Part shown: positions 22,944 to 34,297 of the stretch, in pieces
How positions within the stretch are numbered: the stretch's first letter is position 1
Layout: each line of letters begins with the position of its first letter
From: Cetorhinus maximus
Taxonomy: Eukaryota
Assembly (NCBI RefSeq): GCF_964194155.1
Contig: NC_135903.1
Span: forward strand, 34,038,001-34,102,000
Reading direction: 5' to 3'
Length of the DNA: 64,000 bases
Notes under the pieces: generated by a model
Databases searched by the model: none
Seen by the model: the letters and a program-made list of their open reading frames with translations, nothing else
What the model was told of the DNA's origin: nothing
Program-made: the position numbers and the translations under genes

Positions 22944-25900
22944 ATGGCTTTGGCGAGTATCTGGAGATTTTGGATGGTGTTGCTCTTCTTGTCCGGGACC
23001 CTCAGTCTGGGATGTGACAGGCTGCAGTTACAGCAAGTTCTCAACACAGAGACTCTCAGAAAACTGAATGCAATGGTGAGTTGAACCTGCAGTCAGAGCA
23101 GGAGGTGAATCACATTGTGTCCGCTTGCTGTGAAATGTCACATCAGGGGAAATGTTTTGCGATTTGTCATTTTGTGCAATGAATTGTCTGTGATTCTCCA
23201 GTATTTGAGTTTTTGGGGCTGATTGTAACAGTGATTGTTTTCCCCTCTCAGGGCGGACCCTTTCCCCGACACTGTATAAGACAGAGACTCTCACTGAAAA
23301 CCAAACCCTTGAACCTGGTGAAACTCTCGAAGGAATTAGAGGTGAGTGAACACTCGGTTCATTTGAGTCACACAGGGCTTTTATACAAAGTAAGATCAAC
23401 AACCGGATCGGAAACTTCCACATCAGGAATTTGAAACAGAGTGAAATGTACCCATTGTGAATGTAGGAGCAGTCTCACTTATTGTATTTCACTCACTATC
23501 TCACTCATGAACTATATCACTCTCTCTAACCGCACTCACTACCCCTTATCTCCAACTCTCTCCCTCCCTGATATTATGTCCCTCCCGCTAACTACCTGCT
23601 CTGGGAACTATCCGACTGGATCTCCCATCTCCTTTTCCTGCAGGGCCTCTAGAATATTCCGTGCAGACCACTGCCTGATGGGCCTGTTGTCAAAGATGTT
23701 TCTCTGCCTAAGCATTTCTACACGGGATAGGTGGTGAGTCAGGTTCCAAAGGCTTCGAGTGTTCGCGACAACAAGGCCAGTTCCATCCTTTGCAACACGT
23801 GGGACAGGTTGAAAGTCAGCACTTGCAGTTTGCGTTCCAAGGGTCCACGCACAGCTTGATGCAGCAAGACCCAAATGTAGTCATCAGGATGAGGGCGATG
23901 TTCAGTGCGTTTTGTCCTCTGATCATTGACTATGTGAAAACTTCTCAACTTTTCTCAACCTAACACCCTTTAATTTTCTCACTGCCTCTAACCACCTCAC
24001 TTCCTCTAATCATCTTATTCCCTGTAACAATTTGCCTCCCTCGAAACATCTCACTCCTCAGCTGCACTGAATGACTTTGGGGCATGAACCACGCAGGCAG
24101 GTTAGGCCATAGGATCATAGAATGATCCTGTGCTGAAGGAGACCGATTGGGCAGAATGGCCTGTTTCTGTGCCACGTTTCCGATCAACTACCTGGTGGAA
24201 AAATATGTTAGTAGGTACGCACTAACCAGCATTCATATATTCAAGAAAAATCACCTTTCCCAAACTTGATTGAGTTATGTGATAATGTAGAAGAGGGTGT
24301 TCATGAGTTTAGTGCGCTTAATCTTCTGCTGATGTCATCATACCTCTGCAGCACTTTGAATGAAAGATATAAATTATTCCCGCTCTCATCCCCCATTACA
24401 ATGCAAAAATCTTCTCTGACTATTTATCCAATTCTCTCTAGAAAGTTATTATTGAATCTGCTTTTGCTGTTTTGTAAATCAATCCATACGCACACTTTTA
24501 AAAGACTAATCATCACAAGATCCAGCGCACAATCCTCATCAACACTCTCTGCTGCATTATCGCATAACTCAATCAAGCTGGGTAAGGATAATTTGATGGT
24601 AAAGATGTCTCCCCACAGATCATTGTATCTGAAGTTTTCCCACCACCCAAAATGGTCTAACTGGCCTGTATTTGTTGGGTTTATCCCTCTTCCATTTTTG
24701 AATGGGATGTAAGTATTTGAAATCTTCTGGTCCGCTGCCATCATGTCCCTCATATCTAAAGAGGACTGGAGGAAAGCGGCCAGAAGTGTCATTTCAACCC
24801 TTGCTTTCCTCAGCAATCTCAGCTGTATTCCGACCAGATCAGGTGACTTTCCTAACCTGAGTGCTGCCAATATTTTACGTAACTCCTCTTTATCTATTTT
24901 AATCCTACCCAATTTCTCTACTCGCTCCCCCTGCACTGTGACTTTTGAAGTATCTGCTTGTGAAGTGAAGACAAATTCCAAGAACTGGTTTAGATCCTCC
25001 GCCATGTCCTTTGTGTCCCACAAGAAGATTTATTTTTTGCTCACTAATCAACACAAACAAACATTTATTTACATGCTTATTAAAAGTTTTTAGCTTCCCT
25101 CTTACGTGACCTGCTCATCAATTCTCACGCATTCTGTTTATTCCTTATTTCTTTTGATAACTTTTCTCCATATTGGCTGCATTCAGCTTGGTTCCTCACT
25201 CAGCTAGGAGCCTAATGTTTCACATAAGGCTTCGTTTTCTGTTTTGTTTTAATGTCTACATCTTTCGGCGATGAGGTCATTGACCTTGCCATGCCCTTCC
25301 TTTCTGCTTCATTGAAAGGAGTCCAGTCTGCAACCATAACATCACCACTTAAAAAGAGCCTCAATTGCTACTTTCCTCCTGAGTTAGCACTATTTAAGAG
25401 GAGATGGTGGCTTAGTGGTAGATTCACAGGGTTAATAATTCATGGCCTAGGCTAATGCTCTGGGTACCTGAGTTCATGCCCCATCACACAGCTGGTGGAA
25501 TTTTAATTCAATCAATAAACGTGGAATATAACACTAGTGTCAGTAATACTGACCATGCAACTATCATGGATATTTGTAAAACCCTTCTGATTCACTAATG
25601 ACTTTTAAGAAAGGAAATGTGACTTCTGCATCTGGACTGGATGACATGTCACTCTCAGCACATGGTCGAATCTTCACTGTCCTTTCAAATATTCAGTTCA
25701 AGGGACATTAGGGATGGACATGTAATGCTGGCTTTGCCAGTGATGCCCACATCCCATGAATGTCTAAAGGAAAATAGAATCCTTGATTCAAATACACCTG
25801 GGCCAGATCCCGTTTAAATGCATAAAATTAATCCTCCCCCTTTTGCCCATTTTCAGCTCTAATTGTATTTTGTTATTTAACATAGTCTGTTCTAAAATTA

Positions 25901-26393
25901 AAGGTAAACATGTCCTTTCCAATGTCATTCTCTACATTATACACAGATACAGGACAGGATCCAGATTGTCCATCAAACCCTGCGTCACATCAGCAAGATC
26001 TACAGCATGAACCTGGGTTCAGCCACATGGGCCCAGGACAAGGTGGAAAACCTCCGGCTTCTCCTGGATCGGCAGCTCGCTGAGCTGGATGAATGTGTCA
26101 GGAAACCAGGATCAGAGCACAAGATGAGGAGAAACTCCGCCATTCACAATTACTTTAGGAAACTGGAAAAGTTTCTCAAACAGGTGGTAGGTCAATTGAT
26201 AAATGACAATGTGATTGCTGGCATGTAGTTCATTTCACCACATTTAAATCTGCGCATTCTCTAATCGGTTTCCCTGAATAATTTTCTTTTTCAGAAATTC
26301 AGTGACTGTGCCTGGGAAATAATCCGCAATGAGACCAGAGCCCGTTTACAACAGCTCCTTTTCATCATAGCACAAATCAGCAGAAGAAACTGA
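22944..26393 (+). CDS. IFN1: Type I interferon gene B, exons 22944-23075, 23252-23341, 25947-26186, 26295-26393
   Basis: Intact 186-codon spliced ORF, GT-AG sites, exon 2 GGPFPRHC..., exon 4 KFSDCAWEIIRNETR...SRRN*. Confidence 0.92.
23580..23890 (-). mobile_element. L1/Tx1-like ORF2 remnant in intron 2 (copies in genes C, D, E)
   Basis: Minus-strand peptide IRQWSARNILEALQEKE..DPVGWFPEQ resembles the Tx1-type ORF2 C-terminal region; recognised from memory, not searched. Confidence 0.4.
24400..25390 (-). mobile_element. Old CR1 ORF2 remnant in intron 2 (copies in C and E; mostly deleted in D)
   Basis: MAEDLNQF..VFT, LGKSP(D/G)LDGI..RLL, FLQSSLD motifs. Confidence 0.75.
25400..25775 (+). mobile_element. 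tRNA-derived SINE upstream of every B-type exon 3
   Basis: A box TGGCTTAGTGG, B-box-like GAGTTCATGCCC, and a 3' tail (ATTAGGGATGG..GCCAGTGATGCCCACATCCC) shared with the LINE tail at 19320-19400; copies near 29180, 36740, 40525, 47200, 50965 and 60685. Confidence 0.7.
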
Positions 26394-26932
26394 GAAAGAT
26401 GTTTAGAACAGACTGGGAGCAATGAATATTTATTTTAAAAACTTTTAACATATAGCTATTTATATATATATTTGTAACAAATTTTATATTTTATTGTACT
26501 GATGACAGAACAATGAGTGACATGATTGGATTATTTATTTATTTTATTTATTCATTTATTTATTGATATTTATTGCTATGATATTTTCCCCTGATGTAAT
26601 CCTAACACTTCCGTGGCTGGGGTGTCTGCTCTGGAATTTACTGTCAGGCTTTCAAGATATGGGTTTTCAGACCTATAAACCCTGGGCCGCACTGACCTTT
26701 CCATTTCTCCTCTCCTAAGTGGCCAACTTTTCAATCTATTTCAGCCACTGTAATTTATTGATCTTTATTGTTGTGATGTCTTCATGTAATGAAATGTTAC
26801 ATGTTATTTAATGTGTAATGTGAATTTTTAATGATAATTTATTTATTGATATTTATTAAGTGTTGGCGAACAGAAATATTTTTTTGTAACTGGAATATTT
26901 TATACACAATGAGAGCATTTGGTACAAATAAA
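26394..26932 (+). promoter_or_regulatory. IFN 3'UTR with AU-rich elements and poly(A) signal (repeated after each B-type exon 4)
   Basis: Overlapping ATTTA pentamers near 26530-26572 and AATAAA near 26927; equivalent tracts near 30340, 37872, 41682, 48320, 52092 and 61820. Confidence 0.7.
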
Positions 26933-29753
26933 TTGTTTTCAATATTACGCATTGACTGGAATGATGTTCATTTTTCAATTCTGTCGGTTGGCTTTCCATA
27001 CTCAGTATGAATGCTCTGGATTCTCCCACCTGCTGCCTCTTCCTGTCAGCCCTTCTCTGTTCGCCTCTTCTGTCTCCACAATCAGATTTTCCCTCACCCG
27101 TTGGAACTGTGAACCTATTGTGAACCGAACTGCCCTGATTTATCATCTTTTACCCCTCTGCATCTCAACGCCACATTCCAGCTCCAAAGGAGAGAGGCCT
27201 GAGCTTGATGTTCAGGAGAAAAGTGGAAAATAGAGGTATAAATTAGAAATGGACAGATGGAGAAATGGAATGGGTGGACATAGAAGATGACTGGAGTGTC
27301 AGCCTCTGCGAATATATGGGGACATCAGACAATGGGGTTGAGAATGACATCAGGTAATGAGTAGGAAGGAGAATGAGTGCAGAGTGGGGATGGAAATCTT
27401 TTGTTTCACATGGTTGTTTACACCTTCTGAAAATCTGTATGATAAATACTGTCTGCATTACATTAGAACAGAAGAAAAAAGAGAAGTAGGGCATTTGGCC
27501 ACTCAAGCCTGCTCCACCATTCAATAAGTTCCGACGGATTTGATTGTGGCCTTAAATCTACTCCCCTGCCTGCCACCTATAACCTTTGACTCCTTTGTTG
27601 ATCAATCCCATCTAACTCATACTTGAATATATTCAATATCACAATCTCCAACTGTACTCTGAGGTGGAGATTTAAAAGATTAATGACACTCAGCACAAAA
27701 TAAATCCTCCTCATCTCCGTCTCATGTGCATATTGAAACTTTGGCCCCCAGTTAGAGACTCCCACAGAGAGGAAACACCTCAACATCTACCCGGTCAAAT
27801 CTCCTCACAATCTTAAATGATTCAATGACATCACCTCTCATTCTTCCAAACTCGAAGGAGTATAGGCTCAACCTGGTTACGATTGCTTCATAAACCAACT
27901 TCTCTTTCCAGGAATCAACCTGGTGAACCCTCTCTGAAGTGTCTCCAATGCAAGTTAATCGCTGCTTAAATAAGGAGACCAAAGCTGTACATAGTACTCC
28001 AGGTCTGGTCTCACAAATGGCCTGTAGAGTTGAAGCAAAACGTCCCTACTTCTATTATTCATCCTCTTTGCAATAAAGGACCACATACCATTTACCTTTC
28101 CAATTAATTGCTCGACCTGTTTGCTAAATTTTAATTGCTCAGGTCCAAGGACACCCAGGGCCCTCTGCACTGAAAGATTCTGTGTTCTTTCTCCATTTAA
28201 ACAACATTCTGACTTTCTGCTGGGCACAGCAATGGCTAACTTGTGTCCAACATTACATCAGTCACTATATATCTAAAGTACTTTATAAGCTGCTGAGTAC
28301 TTTGAGACACCTGTGGTCAGGAAGGGCACAATGTGAATGGAAGCCTGTTTTGAAAAAAATATCATAGAGAAAGTTGGGCCTACACACAAAACTGACCTCA
28401 CTCCAGGGTGAATTTATCAGCAGTGCAGTTGTCTACAGTCCTTCCAAAGGGCCCCAAAAAATAAACTGGATGATTTGGGTTTGAGCACAGCAACAGACAT
28501 GTGTTAAAAGATATGCAAAGCAACTTTAGTAATTTACAAAGACAATAACTATTGCACTCCAATTCCAAAAAAGTGGGGATGAACCAATCCAATTTCCATC
28601 ACCATTAATTTCTACAAAACAGAAAACCGACCCCAAAAGTGGTAACAAGTTGTGAACGTCAGTAAGTCTACAACGCTCTAACCAACTTCAATATTTACTG
28701 TCCACCACCGACAAACACTGGGGTCAGTGTGTACCATGTACATGGTGAACTGCAGGATCTCACCAAAGCCCCTTCAATGCCGCTTCCCAAACTGACGACT
28801 TCTACAACTCAGAAGAACAAGGGTAGTAGGTGCAAGGGACCAGCAGAAAAGTTCGTTTCCCATTCAAGGGACAAGATACTGACTTGGAACTATTTCCCAT
28901 TTTTTCACTGTTACAGGCTAACAATCCTGGAAAACCCTTCCCAACACCTCTGTAAATTCTCGTACACCACATGAATGGCAGCAGTTCACGGGTTCAAGGG
29001 GGAGGTTCATCACCACCTTCTGTTTTGTTTTAATCTCTACATTTTTGGCGATGACGTCATTGACCTTTCGATGCCCTCCCTTTGTACTTCATTGAAAGGA
29101 GTCCAGTCTGCAACCATAACATCTCCAGTTAAAAAGAGCCTCAATTGCTCCTTTTCTCCTGAGGAAGCACTATTTAAGAGGAGATGGTGGCTTAGTGGTA
29201 GATAGTGGTGGTAGATAGTGGTGGTAGATTCACAGGTTTAATAATTCATGGCCTAGGCTAATGCTCTGGGTACCTGAGTTCATGTCCCATCACACAGATG
29301 GTGGAATATTAATTCAATCAATAAACGTGGAATATAACACTAGTGTCAGTAATACTGACCATGCAACTATCATGGATATTTGTAAAACCCTTCTGATTCA
29401 CTAATGCCTTTTAAGAAAGGAAACGTGACTTCGGCTCCTGGACTGGATGACATGTCACTCTCAGCACATGGTCGAATCTTTACTGTCCTTTCAAATATTC
29501 AGTTCAAGGGACATTAGGGATGGGCATCTAATGCTGGCTTTGCCAGTGATGCCCACATCCCATGAATGAATAAAGGAAAAAAGAATCCTTGATTCAAATA
29601 CACCTGGGCCAGATCCCCTTTAAACGCACTAAAATTAATCCTCCCCCTTTTGAACATTTTTATCTCTATTTATAATTTGTTCTTTAACATAGTCTGTTCT
29701 AAAATTAAAGGTGAACATGTCCTCTCTAATGTCATTCTCTACATTATACACAG

Positions 29754-30200
29754 ACACAGGACAGGATCCAGATTGTCCATCAAACCCTGCGTCACATCAG
29801 CAAGATCTACAGCATGAACCTGGGTTCAGCCACATGGGGCCACGACAAGGCGGAAAACTTCCGGCTTCTCCTGGATCGGCAGCTCGGTGAGCTGGAAGAA
29901 TGTGTCAGGAAACCAGGATCAGAGCACAAGATGAGGAGAAACTCCGCCATTCACAATTACTTTAGGAAACTGGAAAAGTTTCTCAAACAGGAGGTAGGTC
30001 AATTGATAAATGACAATGTGAATGCTGGCATGTAGTTCATTTCACCACATTGAAAACTGCTCATTCTCTAATCGGTTTCCCTGAATAATTTTCTTTTTCA
30101 GAAATTCAGTGACTGTGCCTGGGAAATAATTCGCTATGAGACCAGAGCCCGTTTACAACAACTCCTTTTCATCATAGCACAAATCTGCAGAAGAAACTGA
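29754..30200 (+). pseudogene. Orphan interferon exon 3 (29754-29993) + exon 4 (30102-30200), open frame, intact splice sites
   Basis: TQDRIQ...KQE / KFSDCAWEIIRYETRARLQQLLFIIAQICRRN*. No promoter or exons 1-2 between gene B and this cassette. Pseudogene status is uncertain. Confidence 0.75.
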
Positions 30201-33200
30201 GAAAGACATGTTTAGCTGAGACTGGGAACAAAGATTATCTATTTAAAAATTTTTAACATAAAGCTATCTATATATATATTTGTAACAAATTTTATATTTT
30301 ATTGTACTGATGACAGAACAATGAGTGACATGAGGAGATTATTTATTTTATTTATTTATTTATTTATTGATATTTGATGCTATGTCATTTTCCTCTGATA
30401 TAATCCTAACCCTTTAATGGGTGGGGTGTCTGCTCTGGAATTTACTGGTAGGCTTTCAAGATATGGGTTTTCAGACCTATAAACCCTGGGCCGCACTGAC
30501 CTTTCCATTTCTCCTCTCCTAAGTGGCCAACTTTTCAATCTATTTCAGCCACTGTAATTTATTGACCTTTATTGTTGTGATGTCTTCATGTAATGAAATG
30601 TTACATGTTATTTAATGTGCAATGTGAATTTTTAATGATAATTTATTTATTGATATTTATTAAGTGTTGGCGAACAGATAAATTTTTTTGTAACAGGCAA
30701 ATTTTATACACAATGAGAGCCTTTGGTACAAATAAATTGTTTTCAATATTACGCATTGACTGGAATGATGCTCATTTTCCAATTCTGTCGGTTGGCTTTC
30801 CATATTCAGTATAAATGCTCTGGATTCTCCCACCTGCTGCCTCTTCCTGTCAGCCCTTCTCTGTTCTCCTCTTCTTTCTCCACAATCAGATTTTCCCTCA
30901 CCCTTTGGAACTGTGAAACTATTGTGAACCGAACTGCCCTGATCTATCATCTTTTACCCCTCTGCTTCTCAACGCCACATTCCAGCTCCAAAGGAGAGAG
31001 GACTGAGCGTGATGTTCAGGAGACAAGTGGAAAATAGAGGTATAAATTAGAAATGGACAGATGGAGAAATGGAATGTATGGTCATAGAAGATGACTGGAG
31101 TGTCAGACTCTGTGAATATATGGGGACATCAAGACAATGGGTTTGAGAATTACATCAGGCAATTAGTAGGAAGGAGAATGAGTGCAGAGTGGGGATGAAA
31201 ATCTTATATTTTGCATTGTTGTTTACACCTTCTGAAAACCTGTATGATAAATACTGTCTGCATTACAATAGAACAGAAGAAAAAAGAGAAGTAGGCCATT
31301 TGGCTTGTAAAGCCTGCTCCACCAGTCAATAAGATTCTGACTGATTTGATTGTGGCCTTATATCTACTCCCCTGCCTGCCACCTATAACCTTTGACTCCT
31401 TTGTTGATCAATCCCATCTAACTCAGACTTGAATATATTCAATAACACAACCTCCACTCTTCTCTGAGGTGATTAATTTAAAAGATTAATGACACTCGGT
31501 GCAATAGAAACGCTCCTCATCTCCGTCTCACGTGCAGTTTCCACATATTGAAACTTTGGCCCCCAGTTACAGACTCCCCCAGAGAGGAAACACCTCAACA
31601 TCTACCCTATCAAATCTCCTCACAATCTTAAATGACTCAATGACATCACCTCTCATTCTTCAAAACTCGAAGGAGTATATGCTCAACCTGGGTAAGATTG
31701 CTTCATAAACCAACTTCTCTTTCCAGGAATCAACCTGGTGAACCCTCTCTGAAGTGTCTCCAATGCAAGTTAATCGCTGCTTAAATACTGAGACCAAAGC
31801 TGTATATAGTACTCCAGGCCTAGTCTCAAATATGGCCTGTAGAGTTGAAGCAAAACTTCCCTACTTCTTTTCTTCATCCTCTTTGCAATAAACGACAACA
31901 TACCATTTACCTTTCCAATTAATTGCTCTACTGTTTGCTAAATTTTCATTGCTCAAGTCCAAGGACACCCAGGTCTCTCTGCACTGAAAGATTCTGTGTT
32001 CTTTCTCCATTTAAACAACATTCTTACTTTCTGCTGGGCACAGCAACGGCTAACTTGTGTCCTGCATTACATCAGTCACTATATATCTAAAGTATTTTAT
32101 AAGCTGCTGAGTGCTTTGAGACACCTGTTGTCAGGAAGAGCACAATGTGAATGCAAGCCTGTTTTGATAAAAATATCATAGAGAAAGCGGGGCCTACACA
32201 CAAAACTGACCTCAGTCCAGGGTGAATTTATCAGCAGTGCAGTTGTTTACAGTCCTTCCAAAGGGCCCCAAAAAATAAACTGGATGATTTGGGTTTGAGC
32301 ACGGCAACAGACATGTGTTAAAAGGTTTGCAAAGCAACTTTATTAATTTACAAAGACAATAACGATTGCATTCGAATTCCAAAAAAGTGGGGATGAACCA
32401 ATCCAATTTCCATGACCATTAAATTCTACAAAACAGAAAACCGACCCCAAAAGTGGTAAGAAGTTGTGTACGTCAGGAAGTCTACAACGCTTTAACCAAC
32501 TTTAATATTTACTGTCCACCACCGACACACACTGGGATCAGTCTATACCATGTACATGGTGAACTGCAGGATCTCACCAAAGCCCCTTCAACACCGATTC
32601 CCAAACTGACGACTTCTACCACCCAGAAGAACAAGGGTAGCAGACGCAAGGGACCAGCACCAAATTTCGCTTCCCATTCAAGGGAGAAGCATACTGACTT
32701 GGAACTATTTCCCATTTCTTCACTGTTACTGGCTAACACTGCTGGAAAACCCTTCCCAACACCCCTGTAAATTCACCTACACCACATGAACGGCAGCAGT
32801 TCAGGGGTTAAATGGAGCGGTTCATCACCACCTTCTGACGGGTAATTAGGGAGGAGCAACAAATTCTGGCCTTTCCAGAGACGCCCACGTTCCATCAAGG
32901 AAGAAATGAAGCCAAATCATGCAAAAGTAGCTGTGAATGGGCCGCAGATTTTTGTAAGTTAAAAATGGACACGTTCCCGCAGGTCCTTCCTATTTCCTCT
33001 AATATCACTCGCCAGTGCTTTTAATATTCTTCCTTCAGTTCCCTGACCCTCCTTCCGCCTCCGCCTTCAATAATTACAATTCCCACTGTTTTATACGCCA
33101 ATAACAGCATTGTTGTAAATTGTAGTTTCTCTCATGTCTCCAGTTGGGGAATGTGGGATCCCGCTCCCACATCCACCCGGACGGTAGATTTTGGTTACAC

Positions 33201-33269
33201 TTCCAGCTGAGAGGGATTTGGTGACATTCCTTATGTACCCGGGCATTTACCGAATACCCCAAAGGCTTT

Positions 33270-34297
33270 CCCAACTGCCCCTCACCCCTCTCAGTCTGAT
33301 CCACCCTCTTTACAAACTCTCCTCCCTTTCGGAAATGACAAAACACGTCACTTTCCTTCAGGCACTTTCGCTTTGGGCTGAAATGGACACCAGGTTAATT
33401 TCCAGAGAGAAAGTGACACGGACACTTTCCCGGGAGAGAGACAAGAAAGAAAGGATGAAAGAAAAGAGAGCGGGATCACTTTCGGACTCAGAATCGGAGC
33501 AGATCAAATATTCTTTCAATCCGACTCTGAAAATGGCTCCAGAAAACAACCGAGAAATGAGAAACTTCTCCCAGTTAAAGAGCAGATTGTGGGACAGGTC
33601 AATCGGAGCGGAGTCTGTCTCCATGAAGCGGTGTCCCTGGGCTGTGAGCCGAGCTCTCTGCAATGTCCAACCTGTGAAGTGTGAACAGGACAAGCGCCAG
33701 GTGAACACACCGCGGGGACACAGTGGATTTCAAAGGGAATCGCTCTTCATGGGGCCCAATGTCAGCACTAAAAGCCGCCGCACCGGATCACCGCTGTCGC
33801 TCTCTCTATAATCCGGATGATAAAATCCAGCCCCCGATACATGTTCACACTGCCCCCAATTCAGAGCCTCCCTCTACACCACCTTCGTGCCCCAGGTGAG
33901 CTGAAGCCACACAACACTGAGCTGGAACCGAGCGCTGCCTGTGATTTTCAACCGGGGATTTTCCACTCGCTGCTTCCGGAATCTCCAGCTTTTACATTCC
34001 TGACCTCAGAAAGGAAACCGGACAAACTATTGATCTCCCGCAGCTCTTCCAAAAATCCTCGAGCCCGTTTTCACTTTTCGAATGTAATGCCACACATTAA
34101 AGCCGACAGCATGGCAGCGCCAGTGAGAGCACCGAGCAGACTCCACACTCACACTCACACCGTTCGGCAGCACAGGTGCTCGCTCCCGGATCACAAGCGG
34201 CTCCGATTCGACTTTCCCAGTTTAAATCCGCCGCGGAATCACGAAGCCGTCGGTTTCTCATCTTTCACATCGGTGTCTCACTCTGGGTCGCTTGATC
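33270..34297 (+). promoter_or_regulatory. IFN promoter type A copy
   Basis: Near-identical copy with the same kB and IRF motifs. Confidence 0.72.

Noticed and set aside
23028-23423. Minus-strand 131-aa ORF with a signal-peptide-like start (MWKFPIRLLILLC)
   Set aside because: It is the antisense shadow of exons 1-2 and is truncated to 70 aa in the gene E copy; nothing else supports it.
26007-26228. 73-aa ORFs starting MNLGSATW as stand-alone genes
   Set aside because: These are the internal part of exon 3 reading into intron 3.
26856-27233. Repeated ORFs of about 100 aa on both strands in the 3' flank
   Set aside because: Variable starts, stops and frames among copies, and no motif; this is duplicated non-coding flank.
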